Origin: Eledone cirrhosa
Lineage: Eukaryota
Direction: 5' to 3'
Length of the DNA stretch: 64,000 bases
Assembly (NCBI GenBank): GCA_964016885.1
Contig: OZ024740.1
Coordinates: 136,338,001-136,402,000, forward strand
A program made the translations under genes and the position numbers. A model generated the notes under the pieces. The model saw only the letters and a program-made list of their open reading frames with translations. It searched no databases and had not been told where the DNA came from. The first letter of the stretch is position 1. Every line of letters starts with the position of its first letter. Of this stretch, positions 13,551 to 27,207 are shown piece after piece.

Positions 13551-14800
13551 CTAATTATTACTAGTACATACAGAAGGGGTGTTCTATTTACATTTTAACA
13601 GTTGCAATCAGATTTTTAAAAAAAACAGGAATTCTGAACAAGAAGTTTTCCTCTACGCTCATGTGTGAAACTAAAGTTTTTAAAATCTAAAAAATATTAC
13701 AAAACATGCAGTGTGGTTAAAAGATTACTCGGAGTCAATATTTCATGGGGCAACATAGAGAAAGAATTGGACCATTTACAAACTCACCTATTCTGTGATA
13801 AGTTTTAGTCATAGATTCGGCAAGCGAAAAAGATTGGTGGAAAAAAAAAAAAAAAAAAAAAAAAAAACTAACTTTCATTTTCCAATAGTCAAGATTATAA
13901 TGATTGTTTGCATAGGAGAAAGACGACAGTCGATGAAATCGTTTCTCATACACGATTAGTACTTTGTGTCACGAGCCCTGAAAAAACGCCCTCGATAAGA
14001 TTTGAACTCAGTACATAAAGAGCTGTAACTAAAAGTCGAGACATTTTGTCAGACACTCCACTATTTGCGATAATTTAATTTGTAACGCACGTAAAAAAAG
14101 ATTGTGGTGAGCTGTATAATTTTCAGTTCCCAATAGTTAATTTTGGCGAGATTTGAACTTGGAACAGAGATAACTATATGCCCATATTGTAATATTTTCG
14201 TAAGGATTTGTAACATCAATACAAAGTCGGAAATTCAGCCGTTGGAACAGCTGATTAAATCGAGTGTTTTACTAAAACTTAAACAGCCTAGAAGGATGAA
14301 ATACAAAGTCAAACCTTGTGAGATATAATCTCAGAACGCAAAGATGTAAATAACTGCATTTGGGTGAACAGGCTTACGATTATGTCAACCACTACCCCAC
14401 TATATAATATGTATAGAAGACGTTTCGACGAGACATCTGCTATGGCTTACAGAAGGCTTTTTTCTGCTATTTTCTTTAGATTTATGAAAATATATATTTT
14501 ATTGATTCATTTGTATTCATGAGTTACAGTCATGCCTGCTATTAAGTGTAGATAGTTTACTATGTAGGTCTAGGTGAACAGAAAAAAGTGAATATGTGAA
14601 TATCAATATATTTGTTCTTGAATACAAACATTAAAAATGCACACACTATTTATCCTCACTATATCGTAAAAATTTTTATATAAACGATATTAGTCAATAT
14701 ACTTTTCTATACACTAAAATCTGAAACAAAACTACGTTAGACTTTTACAGGTACACAGTCAAGGTTACAAACATTTCCACTGATATAATACATAACACTA

Positions 14801-14948
14801 TTTTTTTTTTTTTATGGTAATCAGTGTACAAAATATAATTTAGAGATATATCAGATGAAAGAATGGTATTTAACTAATGGAGGCGTTTCCCCGGAGGACG
14901 GCAAGTGAGACGCGCTGGAAAAGCCACTCCAACTCGCGGGGCTCACAC
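14801..14948 (-). mobile_element. 3' terminal fragment of the CRE-like element, with poly(A) tail
   Basis: The reverse complement matches 47070-47137 and 47188-47219 (internal deletion between them). It continues ~35 nt further to an A tract. Confidence 0.85.
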
Positions 14949-15608
14949 AAGTAAACTAATTAAATATGTGGTGTGGTCCGCTACAGAAATAATTTCGGGG
15001 GTCGATGAAATAAAGTACCAGTAATGTACTGGGTAATTGCTGGCCTTGTGCCAAAAATAGAAACAATTATATACAAAACTTTTGATTTAGTTTCTAACGT
15101 TTAAGAAGTTAAGTTGAATGTCTCAAGACTTCAATTGATTATATGGCCTCAAAGGACTCGCATGCTAGAGTCATCTTCACTAACAAGAGAAACAGTTTCA
15201 AGAAACTGAATATCTGGAGAGCTATTCTTCAGGTTTTGAATAATTTATACTATTAAATGTCTGAGGCAAAGAAAAAAAAGACTTCAATTTTTACTCTCAA
15301 AAACATTTAGGAATTCGAAGTATTCCGTAGTGTTAAGAAAGTGTCATTTTGTGCACGTAGTCGGACAAATGACTAGATGGGACCACAAATCTATTGTTCT
15401 AGATACTCCTTTGCATTGCTTGGTCAAAGAAGGTATGTACAGTAATTAACTGTATAGAGTGCAGTGTTGAAGACTGAACATATATATTGGTGGGATTTCT
15501 CAGAACTAAAATTAAAATAAAATTTAGGAAACAGAATATATTTCAAGTAGAACACAGAATGCCTGAACAAACAAAACACAGGTTCACACTGGGTGGAAGT
15601 GGAGGAGG

Positions 15609-15642
15609 TTTCGACGTTTCGGACAAATCCTTCATCAGGAAA
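15609..15642 (-). ncRNA. minimal type I hammerhead ribozyme (Penelope-type)
   Basis: Minus strand TTTC-CTGATGA-AGGA TTTG TCC-GAAAC-GTC|GAAA. Intact core, helix I TTTC/GAAA, palindromic minimal helix III (ACGT), GUC cleavage triplet. Confidence 0.8.
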
Positions 15643-17429
15643 GTCCGGATAGGGGAGATCAGGAACTGAGGTTAAAGAAAGTAATTTCCGTTCAAAGCAT
15701 CAACAAATATCGAAAAAACAAATTTCACCTTCAAAGCTCTAACCAAACCTTTCAACTAACTAGCCCTAATTTTTTTTTCTATTAGAGACAGAGTATAAGA
15801 AAAATTTACCATAGAATCTTCGAAAGATTTTCTCAAATTGTAACATGTAGCAAACGGACAAAAAAAATGCAGAATAAATATTACAATATAGGTTGGATTC
15901 TGATAAAATGTGCACTAAAAATCTTATTATACATATGCTTGGTTGCACAAACGGGAGAAATAAAACTCAATAAATAAATAGAGTAACAAGTACTTTATCA
16001 TAGCCGTAAAATGTACAACAGTAACTCAAGAACCTTAAGCACGTCACTCTGCTCTTAAGCATGAAACTCCAGATCCTTGAGTCACTGACGTGACTTTACA
16101 GTTAAAATAAAGTATTATACATATGATTATTGTTGGTGGACTACGTTATAATTAAAACCCATTTACTACGAATATTGGTTAAATAATATTTCTAAAAGAA
16201 AAGTTGTCAGACTTACCCAAAGCAGTTTCCCATGTTTGTTCGCTTGTTGTTGCTTCTACGCCAATGATACTTGTATGTATATATCCGAAAAATTCCTGTG
16301 TGTATATTTTTTATAATTTTGCCCTAAAACACTAGTTGAGTGTATAGTAAATAGATTGACAACTAGAAATTATAAAAACGTTACATATAATAACAATGAG
16401 AAGAGAAAAAAAAAATAAATGACAAAACCGAGAGCCAAGAGAACTGTTGTAAAGTCGATAATAATAATACAACGGCAAAGTCTATACTGACAATATGACA
16501 ACAACAAAAGGTGCTGTTTTATAAATTATCTTAGTTTTTTTTTCCTTCTTTTTTCTTCGTGCAAAAGAATTTCTTTTTTTCTTTTTATCTTTTGCATTAA
16601 AAATAAATTCTATCACTTGATAACAGAAGGTGAACCTAAAGTGTGGAGAATGTTATCAAGGGTGTACGTTAACAGAGAGTAAATGTTTAACTCCTTGGTC
16701 CCTGAGCCTCAGAGTAAAAATTGAGCTGATGTGAGTACCAGAGGGGCCATTTTCGTTCAGAAATGGGCCAAGTATGAACTTTTTCTAAAACATTGCTCAA
16801 GAGAATATTTGGTATTTCACTTCTTGTTAAGGGGGAAATTTCTGAGGCTTGTGAAGCACAAACAAGCACAGACATTACGGTAATTAAAAAGGTCCCTGGG
16901 CAGTAAACAGAAGTGGTCGTTCTTCTAGACATGTCCTCTCAAAGAATGTGCCTTTGCCTGTGCCTCAAATGCCGAGTGAAATGTAGAACAAAGATAGGTG
17001 CTTGACATCTGGAGTGTTCCCAGGGGTACACAATCCTCTACTGTCACATAAGCAAACCGATCGGTAGGAATCTACATTGTATAAACCCTATTCTACTAGT
17101 TGAAAAATACAATATAGTGGTAGTTACATTAAACATGCATGCATACATGCATGATGGCTACAACTCGATTTTGAGTAATGCCATCGCTTGATACTTAAGC
17201 ATGAACACCACGGACGCGGCTTTTTTAGTCCTGCTAGGGACTTCCCTATGGCCAGCAATACCATGCATCGCAAAAAATATCACATATCAAGCGATGCCTG
17301 TGCTTGAAGCTTTTTTAAGTGAGGAAAGGCTTTGCACGATGCCGATCCCACTCTCTGAACATCGAATACATTTGCCAAAAGGAAGAACTGGTCTACATCA
17401 TTGGATACAAACGAAGTCGCAGGTTTTAT

Positions 17430-17700
17430 ATCAGAGTGACCTTCTCCTAGAGAGTTGTCTTAATGAAGACTCGGAGTCTCTCACCCCACAGAATAGATTT
17501 TATTGGATGGCCGTTGACTCTCCTTAGTTCCTCCGCCCTCTAACGGGGTTTGTTTTTTATCCCACAGGGTGTCCAAATTCACCCTCCTCACCAAGCAAGC
17601 TTGGTGGGTTGCCGGTTTAGTCGCCGAAGATCCGACCATGCACATATTGTACTGGGTTACATGTTACCAGTAGCGCCGAAGAGCGACCTGACATACATGC
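17430..17700 (-). mobile_element. probable LINE 5'-region or SINE remnant flanked by (CATA/CATG) microsatellite
   Basis: GC-rich block resembling retroelement UTRs. The family could not be assigned. Confidence 0.3.
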
Positions 17701-18529
17701 ATACATATATGCGAGTGTCACAAACGCAACCTTAACAAATGGAATAGTCTGGGCTTCTTTAAGAATATGATTAGACACATTTTCTAGCAACTTAACTAAA
17801 TTCGCAAAAAAACGCAAAAAATTCAAGATGGCCGCCTTTTTCCTGCTTTTTGACTTTTTTATTACATTATCGGCACCGCCATCTTTGCTTCTTCTTCAAA
17901 TGCAGCCATCTGATTGGCTTAGCCTCGTCACGCGACCATATCCTTGTTTTGGAAAAGAAATGCGACGCCATCTTGTTTCATAATGGCTATCACAGATCCA
18001 CCCTTCGGACTTTCGCTGCTATTTCTTTACTGTGACTGAATTTCTTTTGCTTGCGGCAACTTTTGAGATATTTTTTTTTCTCCGTGAGACATCAGCAACA
18101 TCAATAACAACACAGCTTCATCTTTGATTTATCAACAACCAAAACCAGACGTCAATAGCTTCGCTCTGGCGATTAACCACGTGATGGGATCCCCACCATG
18201 GGACCGTCACGTGCGAATCACTGCAGTCCTTTCTTCCGAACATTAAACATTCCAGGTATAACCAAAGCACTTATTCTTATTGTTGTTGTTGTTTCATCTA
18301 ATAACCGTGTTAATCCATTTGACAATTTCCTATAACATTTAATTGTTATAATCCTTACAGGGTTGATAAAATAAAGCACCAGTAACGCACTGGGGTCGAT
18401 TTAATCGACTTTCCCCTCTCCCAAAAATGTTGTCTTTGTGCCTAAATCAGAAACAATTATTTTTGTATTGTGGTTGAATTTATAACTGTTTTCCAATTGG
18501 GAAGAGAAAATGTTTTACAATACAAAATA

Positions 18530-18680
18530 ATTGGTGCTAGTTTTGGCACAAGGCCAGAAATTATCCCAGTGCATTACTGGTACTTTATTTTATCGACCCC
18601 GTAAGGATTAAAGGCAAAGTTGACCTCGGCGGGATTTGAACTCAGACCGTAAAAGGTCGTAACTCCATGCTGCAAAGCAT
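18530..18680 (-). mobile_element. tRNA-derived SINE, inverted relative to the copy at 18355-18460
   Basis: ttttatcgaccccgtaaggattaaaggcaaagttgacctcggcgggatttgaactcag contains the reverse-complemented B-box. Confidence 0.65.
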
Positions 18681-18739
18681 GACAAACGCAGAGCAAAAAC
18701 TGCCCTAGTATGGAACTTTGCACAATAAGGAATAATAAA

Positions 18740-19070
18740 TAAATATCTAGAGAAAATCATTGTATACCGAGTTGTTTTAGTTAACAAGAACCTATATATG
18801 ACTCACAAAGGAATCTTTCAAGTTACATCTGCGCCATCGCAACAACTCTATCCGCATCACTACTCAAAAAAATACTACAGCACTTTCAAAGGACATTTGT
18901 AAATTCAAAGACTGTCAGCATCTTACGGGTTAGTCTATTAGGATGAACCAAAGTCATGAGACCTCTGCCCAGTAGAGAAATTCCACATAATCTACTATCC
19001 TATTCCAATCTTAAACAAAAAGAATGAATTCATTTAACTTGCCGACACGTGCCCAAATTCCTCCGTGAGA
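18740..19070 (+). mobile_element. decayed Penelope-like GIY-YIG C-terminal fragment
   Basis: Remnant peptides KNTTALSK and LNKKNEFI..CRHVPKFL parallel ILNKKSEAISACKHK in the 40-kb PLE. Confidence 0.5.
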
Positions 19071-20242
19071 TATCCAAAGAAGATCCTTCTGATGCATGCT
19101 GGACTGCAGCCAATGATCTACATCGCATAAAGTTATCTTATTAATTTCAAACCTGGCTACATGTACGATCTATTGACTGAGAACAACTGCAGTCCGGGAT
19201 TGCATTCCGCGTTTATCTCCCAGAAAGTAACACACGTACACACACTTGCCCACTCGCGTTGGTGTATTTGTGTGAGGAGGTGTATGATATACATATGATG
19301 CTTCAATATTCATTCATAAGTCTGTTTTCTATGTCTTTTGCCAGTTTATACATTGGTAACAACACAATTCCCAACGTAATATATAATAATACGTACATTG
19401 ATATATATTTTAATTTGCTAACAACTTTGATTTATGGTAACAACACCCTTTATGTTCTAGATTAATAACGCAATTGCCTCAGGCTTCCACACACACACAC
19501 ACATATACATATATATATATATATATATATGTCTGTGTGTGTGTGTGTGTGTATACAAAGAGAAATAATAGAGAGAAAGTGTATGTGTGTGAGTGTTTAT
19601 GTCTGTGTGTGTGAGTGTGTATGTCTCTGTGTGTGTGTGTGTAACTAAATGTAAGCAAATGTGTCGGTGTAGAATCATGTACGCGTGCGTACATATGATT
19701 ATATTATATTAACTATTCATGAAGTTTTTTCAAAATACTAGGATTTCGTTTATAGGTCAATCGAAGAATTATGTGACATCTGCTTATTTACCATGTATAA
19801 CCTACAATGTTCCATTAATCTGCAATATGACGATGTATGAGACTGGCTGGAGAGGTTGATAGACAGAGGGTGTGGCAGAAGATATATACGATATATAGAA
19901 AATCCATTCAACCTTACCTTGAACTAACTTGGTTAGTTTGATATAAATATATATATATATATATGGAATAGAATGAAACGAAATTTCATTTCTCACTCTC
20001 TTAGTACGGCACTTACTTAAATGTAAGTATGTATGTATGTATACGTACATAAATATATGTATACAGACGTACAGTAGTATGTATATATATACATACATGC
20101 ACACATATATATATGCACATATCGGTTTACCGAACATTTATTATAATGCTCGGTTTGTTTGTTTGTAAACAAACAAACAGCCCGAATTACGCTGTATAGT
20201 ATTTAGGCAACCACGTCACCTTTTTGTTCAACACTGACACAG

Positions 20243-20289
20243 ACACAATGTACTAGTTTCAAGCTTATTAGCTATCGTCAGCATCGTAT
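20243..20289 (-). ncRNA. minimal type I hammerhead ribozyme
   Basis: Minus strand ACGATG-CTGACGA-TAGCT AATA AGCTT-GAAAC-TA-GTA|CATTGT. Helix I ACGATG/CATTGT; GUA cleavage triplet. Confidence 0.75.
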
Positions 20290-20469
20290 ACCTTCCTGCC
20301 AGATGGTTGACGTCTGAAAGTATATACTTTCCTTATGCATATTAACGGCTGGGGAGCCTAATTTGCATATCGAGTGAGTTCAGTCGGCCGGGCATATATA
20401 CATAACAAATCAGAACCGTAGAGCAAATATTTATTAAAATAACAGATTAAACTTTAATCTGTTATTTTA

Positions 20470-20565
<96 letters not shown>

Positions 20566-20720
20566 ATATATAGATTTTGAGTTTATGTTGGTTGTATACC
20601 AACACCTCAGTATGCAGGCTGGAGCACTCGACGAAGTGCGCAGGTTGGTTTGGTTACTCCGGAGTAGTGTAAAATAAAGTTAAATAAAAGTCAAATGATT
20701 AAAATTTAGCTTCGTTTATT

Positions 20721-20775
20721 ACTGCTATATATATTTCAGTGACAGCCATCTTTGGCTGTGACCTCTTCAGGCAGT
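20721..20775 (-). ncRNA. type I hammerhead ribozyme in a Penelope pseudo-LTR
   Basis: Minus strand ACTGC-CTGAAGA-GGTCACAGCCA AAGA TGGCTGTCACT-GAAA-TATATATA|GCAGT, followed by AATAAA. Perfect helix I and a long helix II. Confidence 0.8.
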
Positions 20776-21117
20776 TTGAATTAGTATGGTATAGACAAGT
20801 ACATATGTTGTTGCGGTGTATAATATTGTCGATACTCTGATATGCCCAGTTCCTTGTTAATTCACTGAGGAACTGGAATCATATGAATTCAAACAAACGA
20901 ATTTCAGTGTCAAATGTCCTCTTCTCCTCTCATTGGTCAGTTATTAGAACATTCCTCATTCTAAGTGTTGTTATTGTTGGAGTTAGCTTAAAAGATTGAT
21001 AAAATGGCAGAAGGGACAAGGTGTTAAAGGAACAAAATAACAAAAAAAGTGTCAAACTTCCCATTGGTCAGTTCTGAGAGCATTCCTCAGTCAGAAGTCT
21101 ATTGAATTCTCTCTGGG

Positions 21118-21609
21118 GTGAGGCTCCCTGTAGTGTTTTTGCTCGCAACCAATTACTTACTCCCCACTAACAACAACAGCAATAAAAAAAGAAATCGTAA
21201 CACTAGACAAACTATATGGTTCTCTCCTCCCTTCTCACTCAACGTTAAAACTAATGTAGGCAAAACATTTCTAGACCTCTTAGATAAACACTTTCGCATA
21301 GGTCACAAATCCCGCTCCATCTTTAACAGACACAGAGTAAAACTAGGGTACTCCTTCGCTAAGAATATGAAGGGCCACATCACCAACAGTCCTAAGAGCG
21401 GCACCCCACCAGGATGCTCTTGCCGAAAGCCTGAAGTTTGTCCCCTTCAACAGCAATGCAACACACCCGCTGTAGTTTATGAAGCTGTGGTCACTTCCAA
21501 CCGACCAAACCAACCACAGGAGGTCAAATCCTATGTGGGTATGGCGGAGGGCCGATTTAAGGGACGCTTCCTGAACCATCAGTCGACCTTTAGGTACCCG
21601 GATACATAA
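21118..21609 (+). mobile_element. Penelope-like (Naiad-type) fragment: RT-EN linker, Cys finger and N-terminal half of GIY-YIG endonuclease
   Basis: WFSPPFS; CSCRKPEVCPLQQQC (CxCx5Cx5C); VVYEA..YVG; FKGRFLNH. Truncated at a (TAA)n tract. Confidence 0.85.
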
Positions 21610-22750
21610 TAATAATAATGATAATAATAATTACTATTATTATTGTCCCAAGTTTTAACAAAATGTTTAATTCCAACATTAAGGGAATTTATGTCAACAC
21701 ATGTACGCGACTAACCCCATAGATTCATCGAACGGACATCAGTAACGACAACGCCATCACTACAGTAACCGCCGCCGCCGCCCATCCATCATTACTACCA
21801 CTATCCCATCACCGCCGCCACCACTCCTTCATTGCTACCACCGCTCCCCCCACCCCCCCACCCCCCACTACCTTCTGTTAACTTACGAAAGGGGAGGATG
21901 GCGATATCACTAGACAATATTGATAAACAAGATTAATATTTAATTTTGGATCAGGAATGTTGGAGTCGAAAATGGCAAAATGACTAAACGACTACAGATT
22001 ATTATTTCACCACCAATACCACCACCACTGCCACGATGAAAACTCTGGTCAAATCGACTCAAATGTATACCCCAACTACAACACCATCACTACAGTAATA
22101 CGACCACATCACCACCACTACTAAACGACTACAGATTACTATTTCACCACCAATAACACCACCACTACCACGATGAAAACTCTGGTCAAATAGACTCAAA
22201 TTAATACCCCAACTACAACACCATCACTACAGTAATACGACCACACCACCACCACCACTGCCTCAGTATCGCTACCGCCGCTATTCTCTCCCACTGCCTC
22301 CTACTGGTTGCTGCTAGCACAGCACCACCACCACATTGTAGAATTCCTACTAAAAGAGGACACCATCACTACAGTAATACGACCACATCACCACCACAAC
22401 TGCCTCAGTACGCTACCGCCGCTGTTCTCTCTCCCACTGCCTCCTGCTGGTTGCTGCTAGCACAGCACCGCCACCACATTGTAGAATTCCTACTAAAAAA
22501 GAGGAAGGCATCAAAATATATAGATAGACTCAAAAGTAAAAACAAAAATCAAAATCAAAGCAGCACAGCAACAACAAAACAACAACAACAAAAAAAAAAA
22601 CGTAAAGAGAATAAGAATGAAGAGAGAAACAAACGGACGGACAGAGAAAGGAAGGGAAAAACTAAGTCAGACATTCGAACACTACATTACAATGAAACTT
22701 ATGCTTATTCATTTTTGGGGCTTTTTCTGCCTGTTTGTTTGTTTGTTTAT
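21607..22750 (+). repeat. ACC-rich spacer S1, duplicated at 32660-33690 and partly at 27650-27940
   Basis: Shared strings such as ttattattgt.tcaagttttaacaaaatgtttaattccaa and cgcgactaaccccatagattca. Contains internal ~110-120 bp tandem subrepeats. Confidence 0.8.
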
Positions 22751-22759
22751 TTGTGTTCG

Positions 22760-25700
22760 TCTACAGCGTGATAATGCCACACAAGAGCCACGTGGAGCGA
22801 CGCAACCACCGGAGACGGTGAATCCACCGGTGGTTATGTAACCATACATTCGCCAATCCTCGATAAGAGTGTTTAAATGTCGAACCTAAACAGTTCGAAT
22901 AACGGTGAAATGGAGACTAGAACGTCATGTGACAGACTCTCACCCAACAGGTGCTCCCTGGCTCAGCAGCAGGGACCTGGCTGTCAACCAAATACTGCTG
23001 GTGTCGGAGGAAGAAGAAGAAGAAGGAAAGGGACCAGAACCAACTGGACGAAAGAATTGAATAGAACTGTTATGCAATGTTACCTGAAAAGTAACCCCAA
23101 GGAGAAAGGCTATAGGAAACGGATGCATAACATCTGGAACGAGATTGGTCTATTTAAATTAGATGAACAAAAATTGGCCGGGCAGGCTCGGTTAATAAGA
23201 ACTAATGGCTGGATAAGCGAGCTGGAACTGCAGGAACTGAGCAGAGAGATTAGCTTGGAGATGGAGGGTGGAGTATGCCAGGCAGACGAGCCAGTGGGAA
23301 ATGAAGGTGAAGAGGTCGAGAGAACGGAGGAACCACCCGAAGCAGACAATGATCTGAATGCTGAGATAAATAATACCTGGAACAGAGATACGGCCACTGA
23401 GGAGATGAATGCTGACGGGCTAGGACAAGATTTGGTTGATATCCTAAACTTAGTGGTAGATGAATTGAACAATGATAGTGGGAGACCTATGAACCTAAGA
23501 TTTGTAGACAGGAAAAAGTTAAAAGAAACAACAGCTAAGGTAAACAAAGTCATCCCATACCTTGAGGCGAGGAGCCTTCACCAGTGCAACAATATCCTCA
23601 AAGCAACAGCAAATACGGTGAGGAAACTACTTGCTATAAAAGCGAGAGGAAACAACAGACAAGAAAGAGCAGAGCCTTGGTGGAAGAAACGACTGAGTGG
23701 TCAAATCAGGGAAATGAGAAATGACATTGGAAAGCTTGAGTCCCTACTGAATGGGACACTAAAAAACATAGACACTAAAAATAGACTGGAAATAAAGTAC
23801 AAAACTAGGAGGAAAAAGCTAAATATTATCAAAGAGGAACTGAAGCAACGCATTGTAGCAAAGAGTGCAAAAATCAGGCGATACGAGAACAGAGTCAGTC
23901 AGTATAAACAGAACCGCATGTTCGACAACAACCAGAAGATGCTGTTTGGACAGCTTGAAGGGAAAGAAAGAGGCAACGGCTTGATCCCTGAGGCGGAACA
24001 AACTAAAACATTCTGGAGAGGAATATGGGAGCAGGATGTTAGACATAATGACCAGGCAGTGTGGATTGAGACAGTACAGAAGGAGATTAGTGAACAGGCA
24101 CACCAACAAACTGATTTGAGTATCACAGTTGAAACTCTTAAGGGGCAGGCCAAAAAACTAACCAACTGGAAATCACCAGGCCCAGATGGTGTGCAGGGGT
24201 ATTGGATTAAAAATATAACCTCCCTCCACCCGAAACTGACAACCATGTTCAATGCCTGCTTGATGTCAGGTGAGGTACCAGAGTGGTTGACAAAAGGTAG
24301 CACAGTTCTGATAATGAAAGACCGAAGCAAGGGTAATGATATTACCAACTATAGACATATCACATGTCTGTCCGTAATATGGAAACTGTTGACAAGCATT
24401 ATGTCTGAGGAAATCTACCATCACCTCCACGCTAACAACTTGTTACCGGACGAACAGAAAAGATGCCGAAAGAAGTCACGTGGTACAAAGGACCAGTTAC
24501 TTATTGATAAGATGGTAATGGGGAATTGCAGGAGGAGACACACTGATCTTGCCATGGGATGGGTAGACTACAGAAAGGCATTTGACATGGTGCCTCATTC
24601 TTGGATCACCAAAATCCTGGAGATCTTCAAGGTGGCAGATAACATCAGACAGTTGTTGGGCAAAAGTATGAGGTCCTGGGAAACAGAGTTGACATCAACT
24701 GGAGAATCCTTGGGAAGCGTGAAGATCAAGAGAGGTATCTTCCAGGGAGATAGCCTGTCCCCTCTGTTGTTTGTCCTTGCCCTGATGCCCCTGACCAGTG
24801 TACTGCGAAAAGTGAGAGCAGGATACAGGTTGGGAAAGGGAGGGCTTACCATCAATCACCTCCTCTTCATGGACGATCTTAAGCTCTTCGGGAAGAGTGA
24901 GAAGGAGTTGGATGTGCTTGTTGACACTGTCCGTATTTTCAGCAGTGATGTATGTATGCAATTTGGTATTAGTAAGTGTGGAGTCATTGTGATGAGGAGG
25001 GGTAGGTTGAGCAGAAGTAACGGAATCCAGATACCAACAGGTGAGATGATAAAGGAAATTGACTCTGAGGAAGGATACAAGTATTTGGGCGTTCTGGAGG
25101 CTGATGGCATAAAGAACAAAAAAATGAAGGAATTGTTAAGAACTGAATACATTCGGAGAGTAAGGAGCGTATTGAAGTCACATCTGAACAGCAGAAATGC
25201 CATAAGCGCAGTAAATTCACGAGCTGTGTCTATCATTAGGTACAGTGCGGGAATTCTGAGATGGAATGTTGCTGAACAAAAAGAAATGGATAGGAAGACT
25301 AGGAAGCTATTGACTATCTACAACATGTTCCACAAGAGGAGTGATGTCGATAGACTCTACTTAAAGAGATCTGAGGGTGGAAGAGGTCTTATCAGCATAG
25401 AGGACTGTGTTCAGATGGAGAAAAACAACCTACACAAATTCGTGACTGATAGTAAGGAGCCAATGCTCAGAACTGTACTGAAGGAGAGGACAATAAATCA
25501 GGGGATGTCCAAGGAGGAAATAACATCAAGGAGAAAGAGCAGCCTTCAGGAAAAATCCCTTCATAGTACCTTCTTTGAGAAAACTGAATTTAGAGATCCA
25601 CAGACATGGAACTGGTTGAAAAGAGGAGACCTTAAAAAGGCTACAGAAGGAATGTTAATGGCTGCGCAGGAGCAGGCCCTCAAAACGAAGTGGTTGAAAC

Positions 25701-26373
25701 ACCATATTTACAAGGATGAGGCTATCCCACTGTGCAGGATCTGTGGAGAGAGAGCGGAGACTGTGGCTCACATTGTATCCGAGTGTAAACACCTAGCCCA
25801 GACCCACTATAAGGGCTGGACACATGATGTGATGGGCAGGATGATCCACTGGCACCTGTGCAAAGTAAACAATTTACCACATTCTGAGAAATGGTATGAG
25901 CATAAGCCAGAGGCGGTGATAGAGAACGATCAGGTGAAGGTGCTGTGGGATTTTAGGATACAGACGGACAAGAAACTGGAACACAATAGACCTAACCTGG
26001 TGGTTGTGGACAAAGAAAAAAGATCGTGCCTGATTGTGCAAGAGTGCAAGAGAAGGAGAGGGAGAAAATTAACCGATACCAGGACTTAAAGTGGGAGGTA
26101 AAAAGGATTTGGAACTGCCATGAAGTCAAAGTGATCCCGATTGTCAAAGGCGCACTGGGGACTATCTCCAAAAGTTTCCAGGGATGGTTAAAGAAAATCG
26201 GCCCCTTCACGCTTTTTGGAACGCTTCAAAAGGCATGCTTGCTGGGAACAGCAAGAACCCTCCGATACGTCCTGAATATCTGAGGCTGCAGGTAGTGGCT
26301 TGATACTCATTCCAACAAACTTTCCAGTTAACTAACATCAATGACTGAGACTCAAGGAGTAATAACAATGGTG

Positions 26374-26457
<84 letters not shown>
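22760..26457 (+). mobile_element. R4/Dong-like non-LTR retrotransposon, family A, copy 1 (RT, CCHC and restriction-like endonuclease), (TAA)n tail
   Basis: ORF 22877-26089 has KSPGPDG, GIFQGDSLSP, HLLFMDD, CRIC..H..C and WDFRIQTD..NRP. A deletion/frameshift near 26035 disrupts the RLE; the C-terminus (EKINRYQDL..LQKACLLG) runs to 26283. Confidence 0.92.
22877..26089 (+). pseudogene. family A polyprotein, near full length, endonuclease disrupted
   Basis: 1070 aa. RPN replaces RPD, and the segment with the second acidic catalytic residue is deleted (SCLI then frameshift). Confidence 0.85.
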
Positions 26458-26460
<3 letters not shown>

Positions 26461-27207
26461 TTACCAAGCCAACATAATAAAAAATGGGTGCAGCCCATTA
26501 TGCCGTGTATGCAAAAAACAACCAGAGACCATTGACCATATAATTTCAATGTGCAGTCCTATAGCTCCAACCGAATACCTAAACAGGCATGACAGAGATG
26601 CACAATACATACATTGGATAATGTGTAAGCATTTTGACCTGCCCCATCAAAAGAATTGGTGGGAGCATCAACCACCTCCCATACTTGAAAAAGATCACAT
26701 CTCAATCTTGTGGAACTTTAGCATCCAAACAGACCGAAAAATAGATGCAAATAGACCTGATATAATATTGAAGGACTTTCAAAGGAGGGTATGCCTGCTA
26801 ATTGATATGTCTGTTCCAATAGACAAGAATGTATCTATAAAAACATTTGAAAAATTGAGCAAGTATAAGGACCTGGAGATAGAAATTGGAAAAATGTGGA
26901 AATTGAGAACTAAAACAATACCAGTGGTTGTAGGCGCTCTGGGAATGATACCTAAGGGGTCTAACGACTACTTATCGCAAATCCCAGGAAACCCGCGTAT
27001 AGGAGAAATACAAAAGATAGTACTAATGGGAACTGCCCATATACTAAGGAAGATCCTGTCAATATAAGTACATCACAAGTCTAAACACTAAGGATGCAGG
27101 TGTGAATATGTATGTTCTTTCTTGAACATGGCGGACCTTGTTGTCACTTGAGGTCACTGGTTGTGACTTGGTGATAACTCGTATGAACATAAAGCAAGAT
27201 AAATGCA

